A DNA stretch of 64,000 nucleotides, taken from Eledone cirrhosa (lineage: Eukaryota). The stretch spans positions 343,356,001-343,420,000 of the forward strand of contig OZ024742.1 of NCBI GenBank assembly GCA_964016885.1, read 5' to 3'. Shown piece after piece: positions 26,741-38,283 of this stretch; the stretch's first letter is position 1; each line of letters opens with the position of its first letter. The notes under the pieces are model-generated. The model had not been told where the DNA came from. It saw only the letters and a program-made list of their open reading frames with translations, and did not search any database. The translations under genes and the position numbers were made by a program.

Positions 26741-27731
26741 ATATATATATATGTGTGTGTATATGTGGGAATTGTGTATATACATATGCGTGTATATCCA
26801 TACAATTTGATTGCACTTATGTATAGTGATTATCCCAAGATTCGTGACAGATAGACATGTAATAACAGCCATAAATACATAATAGGTAATCTTATAAAAC
26901 TTATATTAAAAAATGTTGTTTAATAACATAAAGTGTGTATAACATAACATTTCCTTTAATATCTTAACAATTATAACATTCTATAAGATTCCTATATCTT
27001 AAATTAAATTAAAGAATCCTTTATGTTTTGTGTGTATATATTATATACGTAGTTAGATATGTATATGTATTTTATAAGTGTGTATATATATTTATATGTA
27101 TTTTTGCGTGTGTATACGTGTTATATGATATGTAGTTCTCTAGTAATATATGGATTTCTTAATATATAGATCCCAATTTTTAATATATTGATCTCAATTT
27201 TTAAATGATTAACTAAACATCTAATCATATTTAAATAATAGTTAATCTCTCATATTATATATGTATATTCCATTCATGATTATTAACATCTCTAATTTTA
27301 TTTATTCATTTCATCTCAATTGTTAAGTTAACTCAACAAGATTTGATTTAGAGTTTTTCGTTCTCTCCCCTTTTCTCTGTCTCCTCTCTCTCTATATATC
27401 TTTCTCTCTCTGTTATTTTGGTCTCTCTCTCTCTCTCCCTTTTCTCTCTCTCTCTCTCTTTTTTCTTCTCTCTCTCCTTATTTATCTTTCTCTTTCTCCG
27501 TAACCCAACGGCTTATTTAAAAAATAATACAATTAAAGCTACAACTCCACTATCCGGGAGCTTCCAACAGTAATGGTTGCATTTTTTAAGGGTATGTCAA
27601 TTTTTATTTATAAAACTGATCTATATTATATTTTATGATGAAAGCACATCATAATTTAACTTGGTGTCCTTGAAATATGTATAATGAAATAAATATGGTT
27701 TATAAATATAGTTTCCATTTGTTAATATCGT
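24144..27731. repeat. Long inverted repeat: arms ~24144-25370 and ~26349-27731, spacer ~980 bp
   Basis: The arms are reverse complements; ORFs 24939-25202(+) and 26517-26816(-) give the same peptide apart from microsatellite length. Confidence 0.92.
25666..26345 (-). mobile_element. Penelope-like element C-terminal fragment (thumb/linker + GIY-YIG endonuclease), frameshifted
   Basis: RKRNRTRNIWFAPPFS...CNCRNKSNCPLNNNCLAKNVVY...YVGST...FKSRFNNH...CDLCIEE...CCRQ; VVY/YVG is the GIY-YIG motif. Confidence 0.85.
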
Positions 27732-27732
27732 G

Positions 27733-27785
<53 letters not shown>

Positions 27786-27803
27786 ATGAATCTATATATA
27801 TGT

Positions 27804-28403
27804 ATGAGCGGAACAAGTAAACATTAAACAATCTTTTAAATAAATTAAAATACTATTTAAATATTTACCTCTTCTAATGCCATGACCGACGGTTTCGCTT
27901 ATCAAAATATTGGAAATTCAGAGAATTTCCAATGGAAAGATATAGCTCTTCAGATAGCTTTTCCAAATCTACTAGACATAAGTTCGTATAGATGTAGATA
28001 TATCACCCTCTGCCCAGTGAATGAATCAAGCCCTTAAAATGACCCACACACTTATTGGACCGCTAGAAAACGCGGGAATTATAGACTCGCTGATATTTCA
28101 TGCTGCTAGAAATAGCAACATGATACAGCATTTTTTTTTCTACATTAAGGAGAATTAGATAAATGATATAGATATCCCACTAGGTACTAGGTACCCATGG
28201 AAATATATATGGTTTCTATAATAATGGTTGTTCTATGGTACTAATTGGAGTTACCAGAACTGTAAATATGAGCGGAACAAGTAAACATTAAACAATCTTT
28301 TAAATAAATTAAAATACGATTTAAATATTTACCTCTTCTAGTGCAATGACCGACGGTTTCGCTTATCAAAAGATTGGAAATTCAGAGAATTTCCAATGGA
28401 AAG
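27804..28403 (-). mobile_element. Non-coding hammerhead-bearing partial tandem repeat (464-bp period), retrozyme- or Penelope pLTR-like
   Basis: 27804-27939 is repeated at 28268-28403; no ORF; a hammerhead overlaps the repeat. Confidence 0.7.
27879..27958 (-). ncRNA. Type I hammerhead ribozyme
   Basis: Minus strand: GCUAU-CUGAAGA-GCU-(long hairpin AUUGGAAAUUC/GAAUUUCCAAU)-AGC-GAAA-CC-GUC-GG-UC-AUGGC; all core nucleotides, GUC site, 5-bp stem I, short stem III. Confidence 0.85.
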
Positions 28404-28417
28404 TATGTATATCTACA

Positions 28418-28760
28418 TGGAGGCACATGGCTTAGTGGTTAGAACATTGGCCTTGCAATCGAAAGGTTGTGAGTTCAATTCTCAGACCGGGTGATGTGTT
28501 GTTTCCTTGAGCAAGCCACTTTATTTCACATTGCTCCAGTTTACTCAGCTGTAGGAATGAGATGATAGGGATTGGGTTCCCTATCATTCCACTGCAAAGT
28601 GGACGTGTACGCGCCACGGCAAAAAAGCACCCAGCACTCACTGTAAATGAGGTTGGTGTTAGGAAGGGCATCCAGCTGTAGAAATCAAGCCAGAATCAGT
28701 TCCCGTCCCACCCTTGCAAGCAGGGAAAAGCGGACGTAAAATGAAATGATGAGGATGATG
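28418..28760 (+). mobile_element. SINE family A, full length
   Basis: Same sequence as 3104-3445. Confidence 0.85.
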
Positions 28761-29051
28761 ATATATATGTGTGTGTGTATGTATATATGTGTGTATGCAT
28801 ATGTGTGTGTATGTATATATATATGTGTGTATGCAGATATGTGTGTGTATGTATATATATGTATACATATATATATGAAGATAAATTAACGGAGCCATAG
28901 TCGCGTTATTCTCTGTAAATTATGTGCTCAAAGGGAAAGGAATCCTATACATATTGTATATGTATATATATATATGCATGTATATATATGTATATGTGTA
29001 TATATATGCATGTATATGTGTATTTGTATATATGTATATGTGTGTATGTAT

Positions 29052-32002
29052 ATCATCACCATCATCGTTTAACGTCCATCTTCCACGCTTGCATGGATTT
29101 GGACGGGAGTTTTCCCACTTGAGGCACGAGTGGTTGTCTTGCTCGTATAGGACTGTCTAGCGGGTTTTCTACGGCAGGATGCCCTTCCTAACACCAACCA
29201 CGTTTACAGTGTGGACTAGGAGGTTTTTACCGTGTTACCTACACGGCCACATTACAGCGTGGACTGTGTTTTTTTGTCGTGACACCGACACAACCTCATT
29301 TGTTTCGGACTGGATGTTGTGGTACCAACATAACTTTACATTGAAAGGGGTGGTGAGGATATGGTGGGGGTAGTGGGACGGGGGTGTATTTTTGTTAGAG
29401 GTGCCTACTGACTGTGGTAGGTTTCACTTTGTACTTAGGTAAGGCGGGTCTTCTGTATTACTGTGTAGCACCAAAGATCTCGGTCCAGTGACATTGTCTA
29501 GGAGAGGTGTGTGTGAGGTCGGAATTTATCAAGTCGTCCCAGGTTTTTCTGGGTCTGCCTACTCCGTGGCTACCGTCTATTTTTATCGCCCTGCACTTTT
29601 TTATACAGCTGTCGTCTTTCATGCGCATCACGTGGCCATACCAACATAGTCTTCTCTCGAGTAAACATCTGATCCCTCTTATTTCTAATTTCTCCCTTAG
29701 TTCGTTTATGCTTTGCCGTTCACGTATATTACTATTACACATCCAGCGGAGCATGCAAGCTTCGTTTCTCTCCAGTCTGCGTATATCCTCTGCACACAAT
29801 GCCCAGGTCTCACTGCCATGTAACATTGCTGTTCGTATGCAGGCATCATACAGCCTGCCTTTCATTTTTAGAGAGAATCCTTTAGCGGCTAATAGTGGTA
29901 TAAGCTCTCTGAACTTTTTCCATCCAGTTCTGACTCTAGCTACTGTACTTTCAGAGCACCCTCCACCACTGCTTATTTTGTCACCCAGGTAACGGAAGCT
30001 GTCCACTATTTCTATAGAACCATCTGTGCAATGGAATGAGCTAGTATTCTGTAGTATTGCTGCTACTTATTGCACCAGAGCACCGGCCACATATAAAATC
30101 TATATTCTTAGTTAGCTTACCTGTGATCCCACTACATCTTTTATGCACCCATACTTTGCATTTGGGACATAACATGGAGTTTCTGCCTACTCCTTTCCTA
30201 CACACTGAGCATGGCCATTTCCCGGATGGGACCAGTGCCCTATTTTCCTTCCTACAAACTAGAACTTTAGTCTTAGACAGGTTAATTTTAAGGCCTTTTG
30301 ATTCTAGGCGATGCTTCCATGTTTGGAATTTCTTCTCTAGTTTGGCCATTGATTCAGCTATGAGCATTAGATCATCTGCGTATAGGAGTTCCCATGGGCA
30401 GTCGGTCTTGAACTCCACTGTTATAGCCTGAAGGGCAATAATAAATAGTAGGGGGCTAAGAACGGAACCCTGATGAACACCAACTTTTACGCTAAACTCT
30501 TCACTATATTCATTGTTAATTCTAACCTTGCTGACTGTTTCTTTATACATGGCTTGTATAGCTCTCACAAGCCATTCATCAACACCTAGTTTTCTAAGAG
30601 CCCACCAGATAATGGAACGAGGGACTCTGTAGAAGGCTTTCTCCAAGTAGACAAAAGCTAAGTATAGGGGTTTACTTTTAGCTAGGTACTTCTCCTGTAG
30701 TTGTCGTACAATGAAAAGCGTACTTTTACCTGACACAAACCCGAACTGCATTTCATCTAGATCAATTCGCTCTCTGATTAGTTACGCTATTACTTTTTCT
30801 GTGACCTTCATGACCTGGTCGATTAATTTAATGTCTCTATAGTTACCCATATCTAGGGCATCTCCTTTACCCTTGTAGCAGTTAATGATGATGCTGCTAC
30901 GCCTGTCCTTCGGAACAACCCCATTCTGTATGACTTCGTTTACTATCCGGGTGACTATAGTGTGTCCCACCGTTCCAGATGCTTTCAGCATTTCAGCAAC
31001 TATTTCCGAAGGCCAGCCGCCTTACCCGTCTTCATATCTTTGATTGCCTTACTTATTATACTACCTTCAACTAGCACTGCTGGTCCCTCTATTGGATCGA
31101 TGTGGGGGAGACTGTCTTTCTCCCATTTATTCTCCTCATTTAGTAGCCTTTCGTAGTGACACTTCCAAGCTACCTTCTTATCAGCGTCAGTGATGGCAAG
31201 TACACCATCATCATTAAGGACACACTTCTCCCCGACAATATCACGGTTTTCCTTGACACATTGCCTAGCAATCCTGAACACCTCACGTTTTTGGTCCTCG
31301 CGTTGTAGAACATGTTTGAACTTTCTTTCCTCTGCTTCCCTTCTTGCGAAGTACACTTGTCTCCTAGCTTCCCTCCTGGCCACTTGATAGTCTTCTCTAC
31401 TTCCCTCATCCCGCCATACTTTCCAAGCCTGCTTTTTGGCCTTAATTGACTCCTCCACCTTACTGTTCCACCACCAAGTTACTCTCCTCCTGCCTACAGG
31501 CCTGCTCCAGCTGCAGACTTCATCTGTCGCCATCAGCAGGTTTGCTTTCAGGAATTCCCACTGTTCCTCTATATTGTACGACTCTAATTGCTCTTCCTTA
31601 CTGTCGAAAGCATCAAGTAATATGCTTTTAAATTTATTACTGGCTGTGGGGTCCTTTAGCTTCCATATTTTTCTCCTGAGGATACTCCTCTTCTGTTGTC
31701 GAGGATACTCCTCTTCTGTTGTCGAGAACGTCTCGTCCTGATTATGAGGTCGCTAATTATGAGTATGTTGAGAGGTGCATTCTTCATGGGGGAGGGATTT
31801 AGTGTTTACAACAGACACTCTGTCACATCTTCTGGTAAGGAAATAATCTACCTGGCTGGTATGTTCCCCTGATCTGTAGGTGATCAAGCGATTGTCTCGC
31901 TTTTTGAAGTTAGTGTTACAGATAGTTGGGTTATTTGCGTCACAGAATTCCAGGATTCTGGAGCCTTCCTCATTTCTAGTACCAAACCCATAGCCTCCAT
32001 GG
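29052..32002 (-). mobile_element. 5'-truncated RTE subfamily A (~2.95 kb), multiple frameshifts
   Basis: ORFs 31000-31533, 30782-30991, 30041-30751 and 29458-30006 are collinear with 16130-19193. Confidence 0.93.
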
Positions 32003-32561
32003 TTGGTTGAGCATGTTTAACGACTTCTATTTGGCTCTATCCAAAGCATCAATTGTTTTGCTATTTTTAGAAATGATGTAAATAGCATTTTCTAGGGTTT
32101 TTATACTTCTAAGAATTATTATTGTTCATTTAGCTTCGGTTGGAATTTATCAATAAAATTCTTTTCTTTGATTTTTCTCTTGATTTCACTTGGCCTGCGT
32201 AATTTGTAGAATGGAAATATTATAAATATTTTCTGACCACATGTTGCTAGATGGTTACGCTGGGGTATCTGATTTGCTGTCGGTGCACCCATGCACGTTC
32301 CGATAGTGCATTTCCTGTTTGACCGACATATAGTTCTTCACAATTCGGGCATTTAATGCAGTAAATTAGATTTCTGCTTTTGCAGTTCATATTTGCATTT
32401 GGGAATATTTTTCAAAATTCCAACCCAAGCTAAATGAACAATAATAATTCTCGGGGGTATAAAAACCCTAGAAAATGCTATTTTCATCATTTCTAAAAAT
32501 GGCCAAACAATTGATGCTTTGAATAGGGCCAAATAGAAGTCGTTAGACATGCCCAACCAAC
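32001..32561. mobile_element. Foldback/MITE-like DNA element with ~150-bp inverted arms, left end lost
   Basis: 32001-32150 is the reverse complement of 32413-32561 (e.g. AATAGCATTTTCTAGGGTTTTTATAC / GTATAAAAACCCTAGAAAATGCTATT). Confidence 0.7.
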
Positions 32562-33082
32562 CGTGATGCCTAAACCAATCAGCTTCAGTAATCCAGTGAA
32601 ACTACACACCGATTGGTCGAAATACAGTTTGCAAAATTTAGCATTCTGTAGCGGCTTTTCACTGTATATAAGGCACAAAATTTACCCATCTCATTACAGT
32701 AGAAAATTGTAAACTTGATTGTCACCACAGAATATGAACATGAAGATTGCGAAAGCATGAAATTACTTGTTCAATTAACACTTAATATTCTACCATACTA
32801 TTTCATTCTAATACCATTATAATTTTAAAGGATTGTAAATAAAACAAGTAAATCAGACAAAGTTGGAATTTCATTTATTAATATAATCTTCTATACACAA
32901 TCATACACACCCTTGTATATTTATTTATATATATATAGATGTATATATATATATATAGCTTTTAAGCTATTTTTTAGTATCTCGGTTCAGGAACACACCA
33001 TTTATATTAAATTTATCTCCCTGGAGCTTTGTAATAGTCTGAGAGATTGGCTACATATGTTTTATTTATTTTTTTTGTTTAG

Positions 33083-33146
33083 ATGGAAGACAAAACAAAG
33101 AAGATGAATACAAAGATGAAGAAGAGAAAGATAAAGATGAAGAACC
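33083..33146 (+). CDS. Candidate exon 2a, acidic (DGRQNKEDEYKDEEEKDKDEEP); 3' end undefined
   Basis: Acceptor TTTTTTGTTTAG|AT, phase 1; the upstream ~80 bp is homologous to the sequence before 35464 and 35864. Confidence 0.35.
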
Positions 33147-33499
33147 TCACTGCACCGCACTGCACAACACACCACACTACTCCTCACTACAACACACCAC
33201 ACTACTCCTCACTACAACACACCACACTACCCCACACCACACTACCCCACACCACATAACACCACAACACAACACACCACACCTTACTACATCGCACCAC
33301 ATAAGACCACACCTCACTACATCACACCACATAAGACCACACCTCACTACATCACACCACATAAGAACACACCACACTACTCCATACCACATAACACCAC
33401 AACACAACACACCACTCCTCAGTCCTTCACTCCACATAAGAACACACCACACTAATCCACATAAGAACACACCACACTACTCCACACCACATAACACCC

Positions 33500-34630
33500 A
33501 AAATTTTTCCTCATCTATTTTTCATTTGTTATCAACTAATCCGAACTCCAAGATGTTTGTTATTGACTCTCTCTTCATGGAAAACTTAGGTGGATGCACT
33601 TCTCTCGTTTAACCCCAGAGTTTTCTCTAAGATTTTTCGTATGTTATCAACGAATATGACCTCCAAACCAGTTGGAAATGATTAGTTGTTCTAGGAAAAA
33701 GGAGGGGTAAAGCAGGTGGAAAAACCATTGTCGTTTTGTAGATGTATACCCTAATGATTTTTCTTCGGTCTCATTTTGAGTGCTATCAACTAATCTGACC
33801 TTTTAGTTGCTCTGAATCAATTTTTTTTTCCTGGGATTTGGAAACTAAAACTAAATTAAACATAAAATTAAATCTAGCCCCAACCCTAAACTCTAAATCT
33901 AAACCAAACCAATCTAAATATAAACATTACCCCAACCCTTAAACTAAAACCTAAACTATACCCCAACCATAAAACTAAACCCTAAACATTACCCCAACCC
34001 TAAACTTTACCCCAAACCTAAAACTAATCCCTAAACGTTACCCCAAACCTAAAACTAAACCCTAAACTTTACCCCAACCCTAAAACTAGACCCTAAACAT
34101 TACCCCAAACCTAAAACTAGACCCTAAACTTTACCCCAAACCTAAAACTAAACCCTAAACTTTACCCCAACCCTAAAACTAGACCCTAAACTTTACCCCA
34201 ACCCTAAAACTAGACCCTAAACATTACCCCAACCCTAAAACTAAACCCTAAACATTACCCCAACCCTAAACCTAACCCAGGGAAATAAGTTGGTTGGAAG
34301 CATCTAGGGGGTCAGATTAATTAATAGCACAGGAAATATACCGAAAATGATTAAGTCCCACAACATGTGAGTGGGGTGTAGATCTGCAAAACTCTTCACC
34401 TCTCCCTCTCCTCTTTCTCCAAAGCTAGTTGTTGTTGACTGGTTTGGAAGTCATATTCACTGATAATGCATGAAAATAGAATCAAAGAGAAAATTCTGAG
34501 TAATCAGGGGTTATCCGGGTGAAGGGGGAACCACCTCACCCCGCCGTTTTCCTGCTGGGAAAAAGTCAGTTTCAAGCATCTTGGAGATTGGATTAGTTGA
34601 TAGCACATGAAAAATAGGATGAAAAAATTT
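33500..34630. mobile_element. Foldback element with ~330-bp imperfect inverted arms and a central CCCTAA-containing minisatellite
   Basis: TGTTATCAACTAATCCGAACTCCAAGATG / CATCTTGGAGATTGGATTAGTTGATAGCA and GAATATGACCTCCAAACCAGT / ACTGGTTTGGAAGTCATATTC; flanked by CACCA/CACAC pentamer tracts. Confidence 0.7.
33880..34278. repeat. ~31-bp minisatellite TTACCCCAACCCTAAAACTAAACCCTAAAC(A/T)
   Basis: Direct tandem units containing CCCTAA/CCCTAAA motifs. Confidence 0.85.
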
Positions 34631-35325
34631 CACATCACACCACACCACATCACACCATATCGCATCACGTCTCGTCTTGCTTCGCCTCGCCTCGTCTCAT
34701 TTCGCCACATTTCAGCACATCACATTACATTTCACTACGCCACGCCACATTTCATCACATCACATCACATTTCACCACGCCACGCCACATCACATACCAT
34801 CACACCACATGCTACCACACTACATCCCACCACACTCCACTCCACCACACCACTGTCCACTACACTAAACCACACTCCACTACACTAAACCACACTCCAC
34901 TACACTACACCACACCACTGTCCACTACACTAAACCATACTACACTACACCACACCACACTACACCACATCACACCACTGTCTATTCGACTGTTTTCTAT
35001 TTCGTAGGTATGTCCAGTTACAGTAAGAGAAAGAAAGTTATTTCAAAAGATCTAAGTAAACACTTCATTAACCATCATTTTAAGCAGAATCTCAGTGTAG
35101 TTTTAAATTGACCTTTTCATATGATTACACCTCAGTCTTAACTTAATCACCTGTAGATGGATGATACATGTAATGTTAAAATTAGTTAAACACTGTTTCC
35201 CCCTTCTCATCACATGTGTATTGTTAACATTAATCTAACGTTGTTCCCTCTCCCCCGCCTCAGCATATCATATCATACCACACCACATCACACCATGTTG
35301 TACCACACCAGACCACCATGCTATA

Positions 35326-35368
<43 letters not shown>

Positions 35369-35463
35369 CTCCCCACTCGTTATATTAACTGTATCTCCTC
35401 GGTGTTTCGTGAAAGTCTGAGAGATCAGATATATATTTGTTTACAATTTTTTTTTATATTTAG

Positions 35464-35570
35464 ATGGAAAAGAAGAAAAAGACGACGAAGCAGACGACTA
35501 AAATGAAAATGACAACAAAAACAAAGAAGACACGGAAAACGAAGATGACGAAAAGAAGAAGAAAGTATGA
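35464..35570 (+). CDS. Candidate exon 2b, acidic (DGKEEKDDEADD*), with early in-frame TAA
   Basis: Acceptor TTTTTATATTTAG|AT; paralogous upstream block; D/E/K codons continue past the stop. Confidence 0.3.
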
Positions 35571-35894
35571 TCTCAGTTCAGTCTAAACCTAATGATTTAT
35601 AGATATGATCTTAGTTCAGCCTTAACCTAATGACCTGTAGATATGATCTATTTAGGTTTAACTTAAACATTCAAAGATATTTGTATATACTTTTGTTGAT
35701 GTTTGACATTGTTTTTTAGTTATGAAATAGCTTATAAGCTACATTATAGGATCACAGTGCATGAGCACACTGCTCTTTAAATTAATTTTATCTCCTCAGC
35801 ACTTTGTAAAGTCTGAGAGATAGGTAACATATATGTTTTATATTCTTTGTTTTTGGTATTTAGATGGCAGAGAAGATAAAGGCACAGAAGAAGT

Positions 35895-37883
35895 TATAGC
35901 GATGATACTGGGTTGTATGAATGTAACAAGGAGACATGGTTTGTGTGTATAATATTTAATTAACAATCATGGATATATATAGAACAGTATAGTTGACATG
36001 TCAAAGTAATAGATGATAGAATGAAGCAAAGTTAGTAGTTACCGTTTTGATTGCCAGGCAAACGCAGGCTGGCAGAAGACGCCTGGCCTTAGCCAGGCGC
36101 CGGAAGGGCAAATGAGAGGCAGAGAACTTAAAGTTGTTAGTTTTATAGGGTTCTGACTGGAAGTTACAGAAAGGGTTCTATTTCCCGTCTAGATGTTGTT
36201 AATCTATTGGGGTTGTGAGTCACAACAATGGAGGCCACTGCTACATAACCTCCCGCCAGAATTTTAGAATATAAAAATCGAATGAAATATGTAGCAAGTT
36301 GGCGAGAATGTTGTAACAGGCATGAAAATTACGACAAAAGAATGTTTGCAAAAATCAATGATAGATGTCAAGGTCGCCAACCGCTCTTGGCCAGAGAACG
36401 ACTGGACCTCTATCTCTCCATCACCCAAAGATACAATGTAATAAAGTAAGAGAAGAGCTCAAAGTTCAAATGTACAAAATATAGTTCACAGGTGTGCAAT
36501 CACATGACAGCAGGAAAGAAAGTGTGTTCCAGAGAATGAATGCAGGTGGTTTCTGTTCTGTGGTATATCGTGAAATTTCCAACCTCCGAATCGATTTTCT
36601 CACAGGAAGAGTGCTGCAAAAATAAATTCTCTGGCTTATTCTGCTGGTTTTGGTTGTTGGTGAAGCTGTGTTGCTGTCTCGCGGAGTGAGCGTATTCGGT
36701 GTTTATATTCACAGTAAAAAAAATTTTTTCAGAAAAAATGAGTTGCGCAAAGTGCTAGAAATAACAGCCGAAGTTGATGGTCAATGTTGAGAATGCGTTG
36801 ACCTGGAAGGGTCAAGAGGCCAGCGACCAAAGAAATAAGCATTCTGAATAAATGCGCAGTTTTCAACGGCAAATTTACGTGGTAAATTTTTAAACTGGCA
36901 AATAGGAGAATATAGCTTAAGGCTGAAGAATCCTTGGCGAGAAACGTTATCTCTGGCGTGCGGCTATCTCTGTGAGTCGAGAATTTGTGCTGCCTACACG
37001 TGCCAATACAAGGTTAAGTTAGGTTTAAAAAAATTATATTTCTAACGCGCGAGAAAATGATAGTGCAAGTGTGAAAGTGACAATGATGAAAAAAAAAGGC
37101 TTCACTTAGCATAATTATTGGTGTGAACTTTGGAAGAAAAAAAAAACTTGAACGATGAAGAAAACGATGAAAAAAAAGGCAATGGTTCATCGAAAATAAA
37201 TGTTCCTGTTGAAATGTTTTTTAAAGAATATCAAATTTCTTTTTTTTTTTTTTGTGTGTTTTGAAAGTGTTCGTTGTAAGAAACGAGAAACATATATATA
37301 TATCGTGAAATGCGACAGTTAGTTGATGCTTGAGAGAAAAAGTCTGTGCGAAAATTTCACATGTGCGTGGTGTGTTCGTTTCTTTTACTGAGTATTTTCA
37401 TAGTTTGTCAATAAATTTGCTGTGTATTCGTAATGCTACTCACACAACAGATTCTGCTATTTTTTTCTTATTTTGGGGTGACCACTTATATCGATGAACG
37501 GCTGCGTGTTCGTATCACGTCAGGGTTACCAATATAGCGAAGATACTGGGTTGTATGAATGTAACAAGGAGACATGGTTTGTGTGTATAATATTTAATTA
37601 ACAATCATGGATATATATAGAACAGTATAGTTGACATGTCAAAGTAATAGATGATAGAATGAAGCAAAGTTAGTAGTTACCGTTTTGATTGCCAGGCAAA
37701 CGCAGGCTGGCAGAAGACGCCTGGCCTTAGCCAGGCGCCGGAAGGGCAAATGAGAGGCAGAGAACTTAAAGTTGTTAGTTTTATAGAGTTCTGACCGGAA
37801 GTTACAGAAAGGGTTCTACTTCCCGTCTAGATGTTGTTAATCTATTGGGGTTGTGAGTCACAACAAGGGAGGCCACTGCTACA
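35895..37883 (-). mobile_element. Non-autonomous LTR retrotransposon (1989 bp; 351-bp LTRs; 4-bp TSD AAGT; tRNA-Trp PBS)
   Basis: LTRs 35895-36245 and 37533-37883 (TGTAGC...GCTATA on minus, about 5 differences by eye); TSD at 35891-35894 and 37884-37887; PBS TGGTAACCCTGACGTGAT next to the 5' LTR; purine-rich GGCGGGAGG next to the 3' LTR; no gag/pol ORF recognised. Confidence 0.9.
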
Positions 37884-38283
37884 AAGTCAAAGGAACAGAA
37901 GTCAAAAGCACAGAAGAAGTCAAAAGCACAGAAGAAGTCAAAAGCACAGGAGAAGTCAAAAGCACAGGAGAAGTCAAAAGCACAGGAGAAGTCAAAAGCA
38001 CAAGAGAAGTCAAAAGCACAAGAGAAGTCAAAAGCACAGGAGAAGTCAAAGGCACAGGAGAAGTCAAAGGCACAGGAGAAGTCAAAGGCACAGGAGAAGT
38101 CAAAGGCACAGGAGAAGTCAAAGGCACAGGAGAAGTCAAAGGCACAGGAGAAGTCAAAGGCACAGGAGAAGTCAAAGGCACAGGAGAAGTCAAAGGCACA
38201 GGAGAAGTCAAAGGCACAGGAGAAGTCAAAGGCACAGGAGAAGTCAAAGGCACAGGAGAAGTCAAAGGCACAGGAGAAGACAA
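37884..38283 (+). repeat. 18-bp tandem repeat GAAGTCAAA(G/A)GCACAGGA, ~22 units
   Basis: Directly visible, highly homogeneous array. Confidence 0.95.

Noticed and set aside
33880-34278. Telomere or interstitial telomeric array
   Set aside because: CCCTAA occurs only inside a ~31-bp unit within a foldback element, not as pure (TTAGGG)n.
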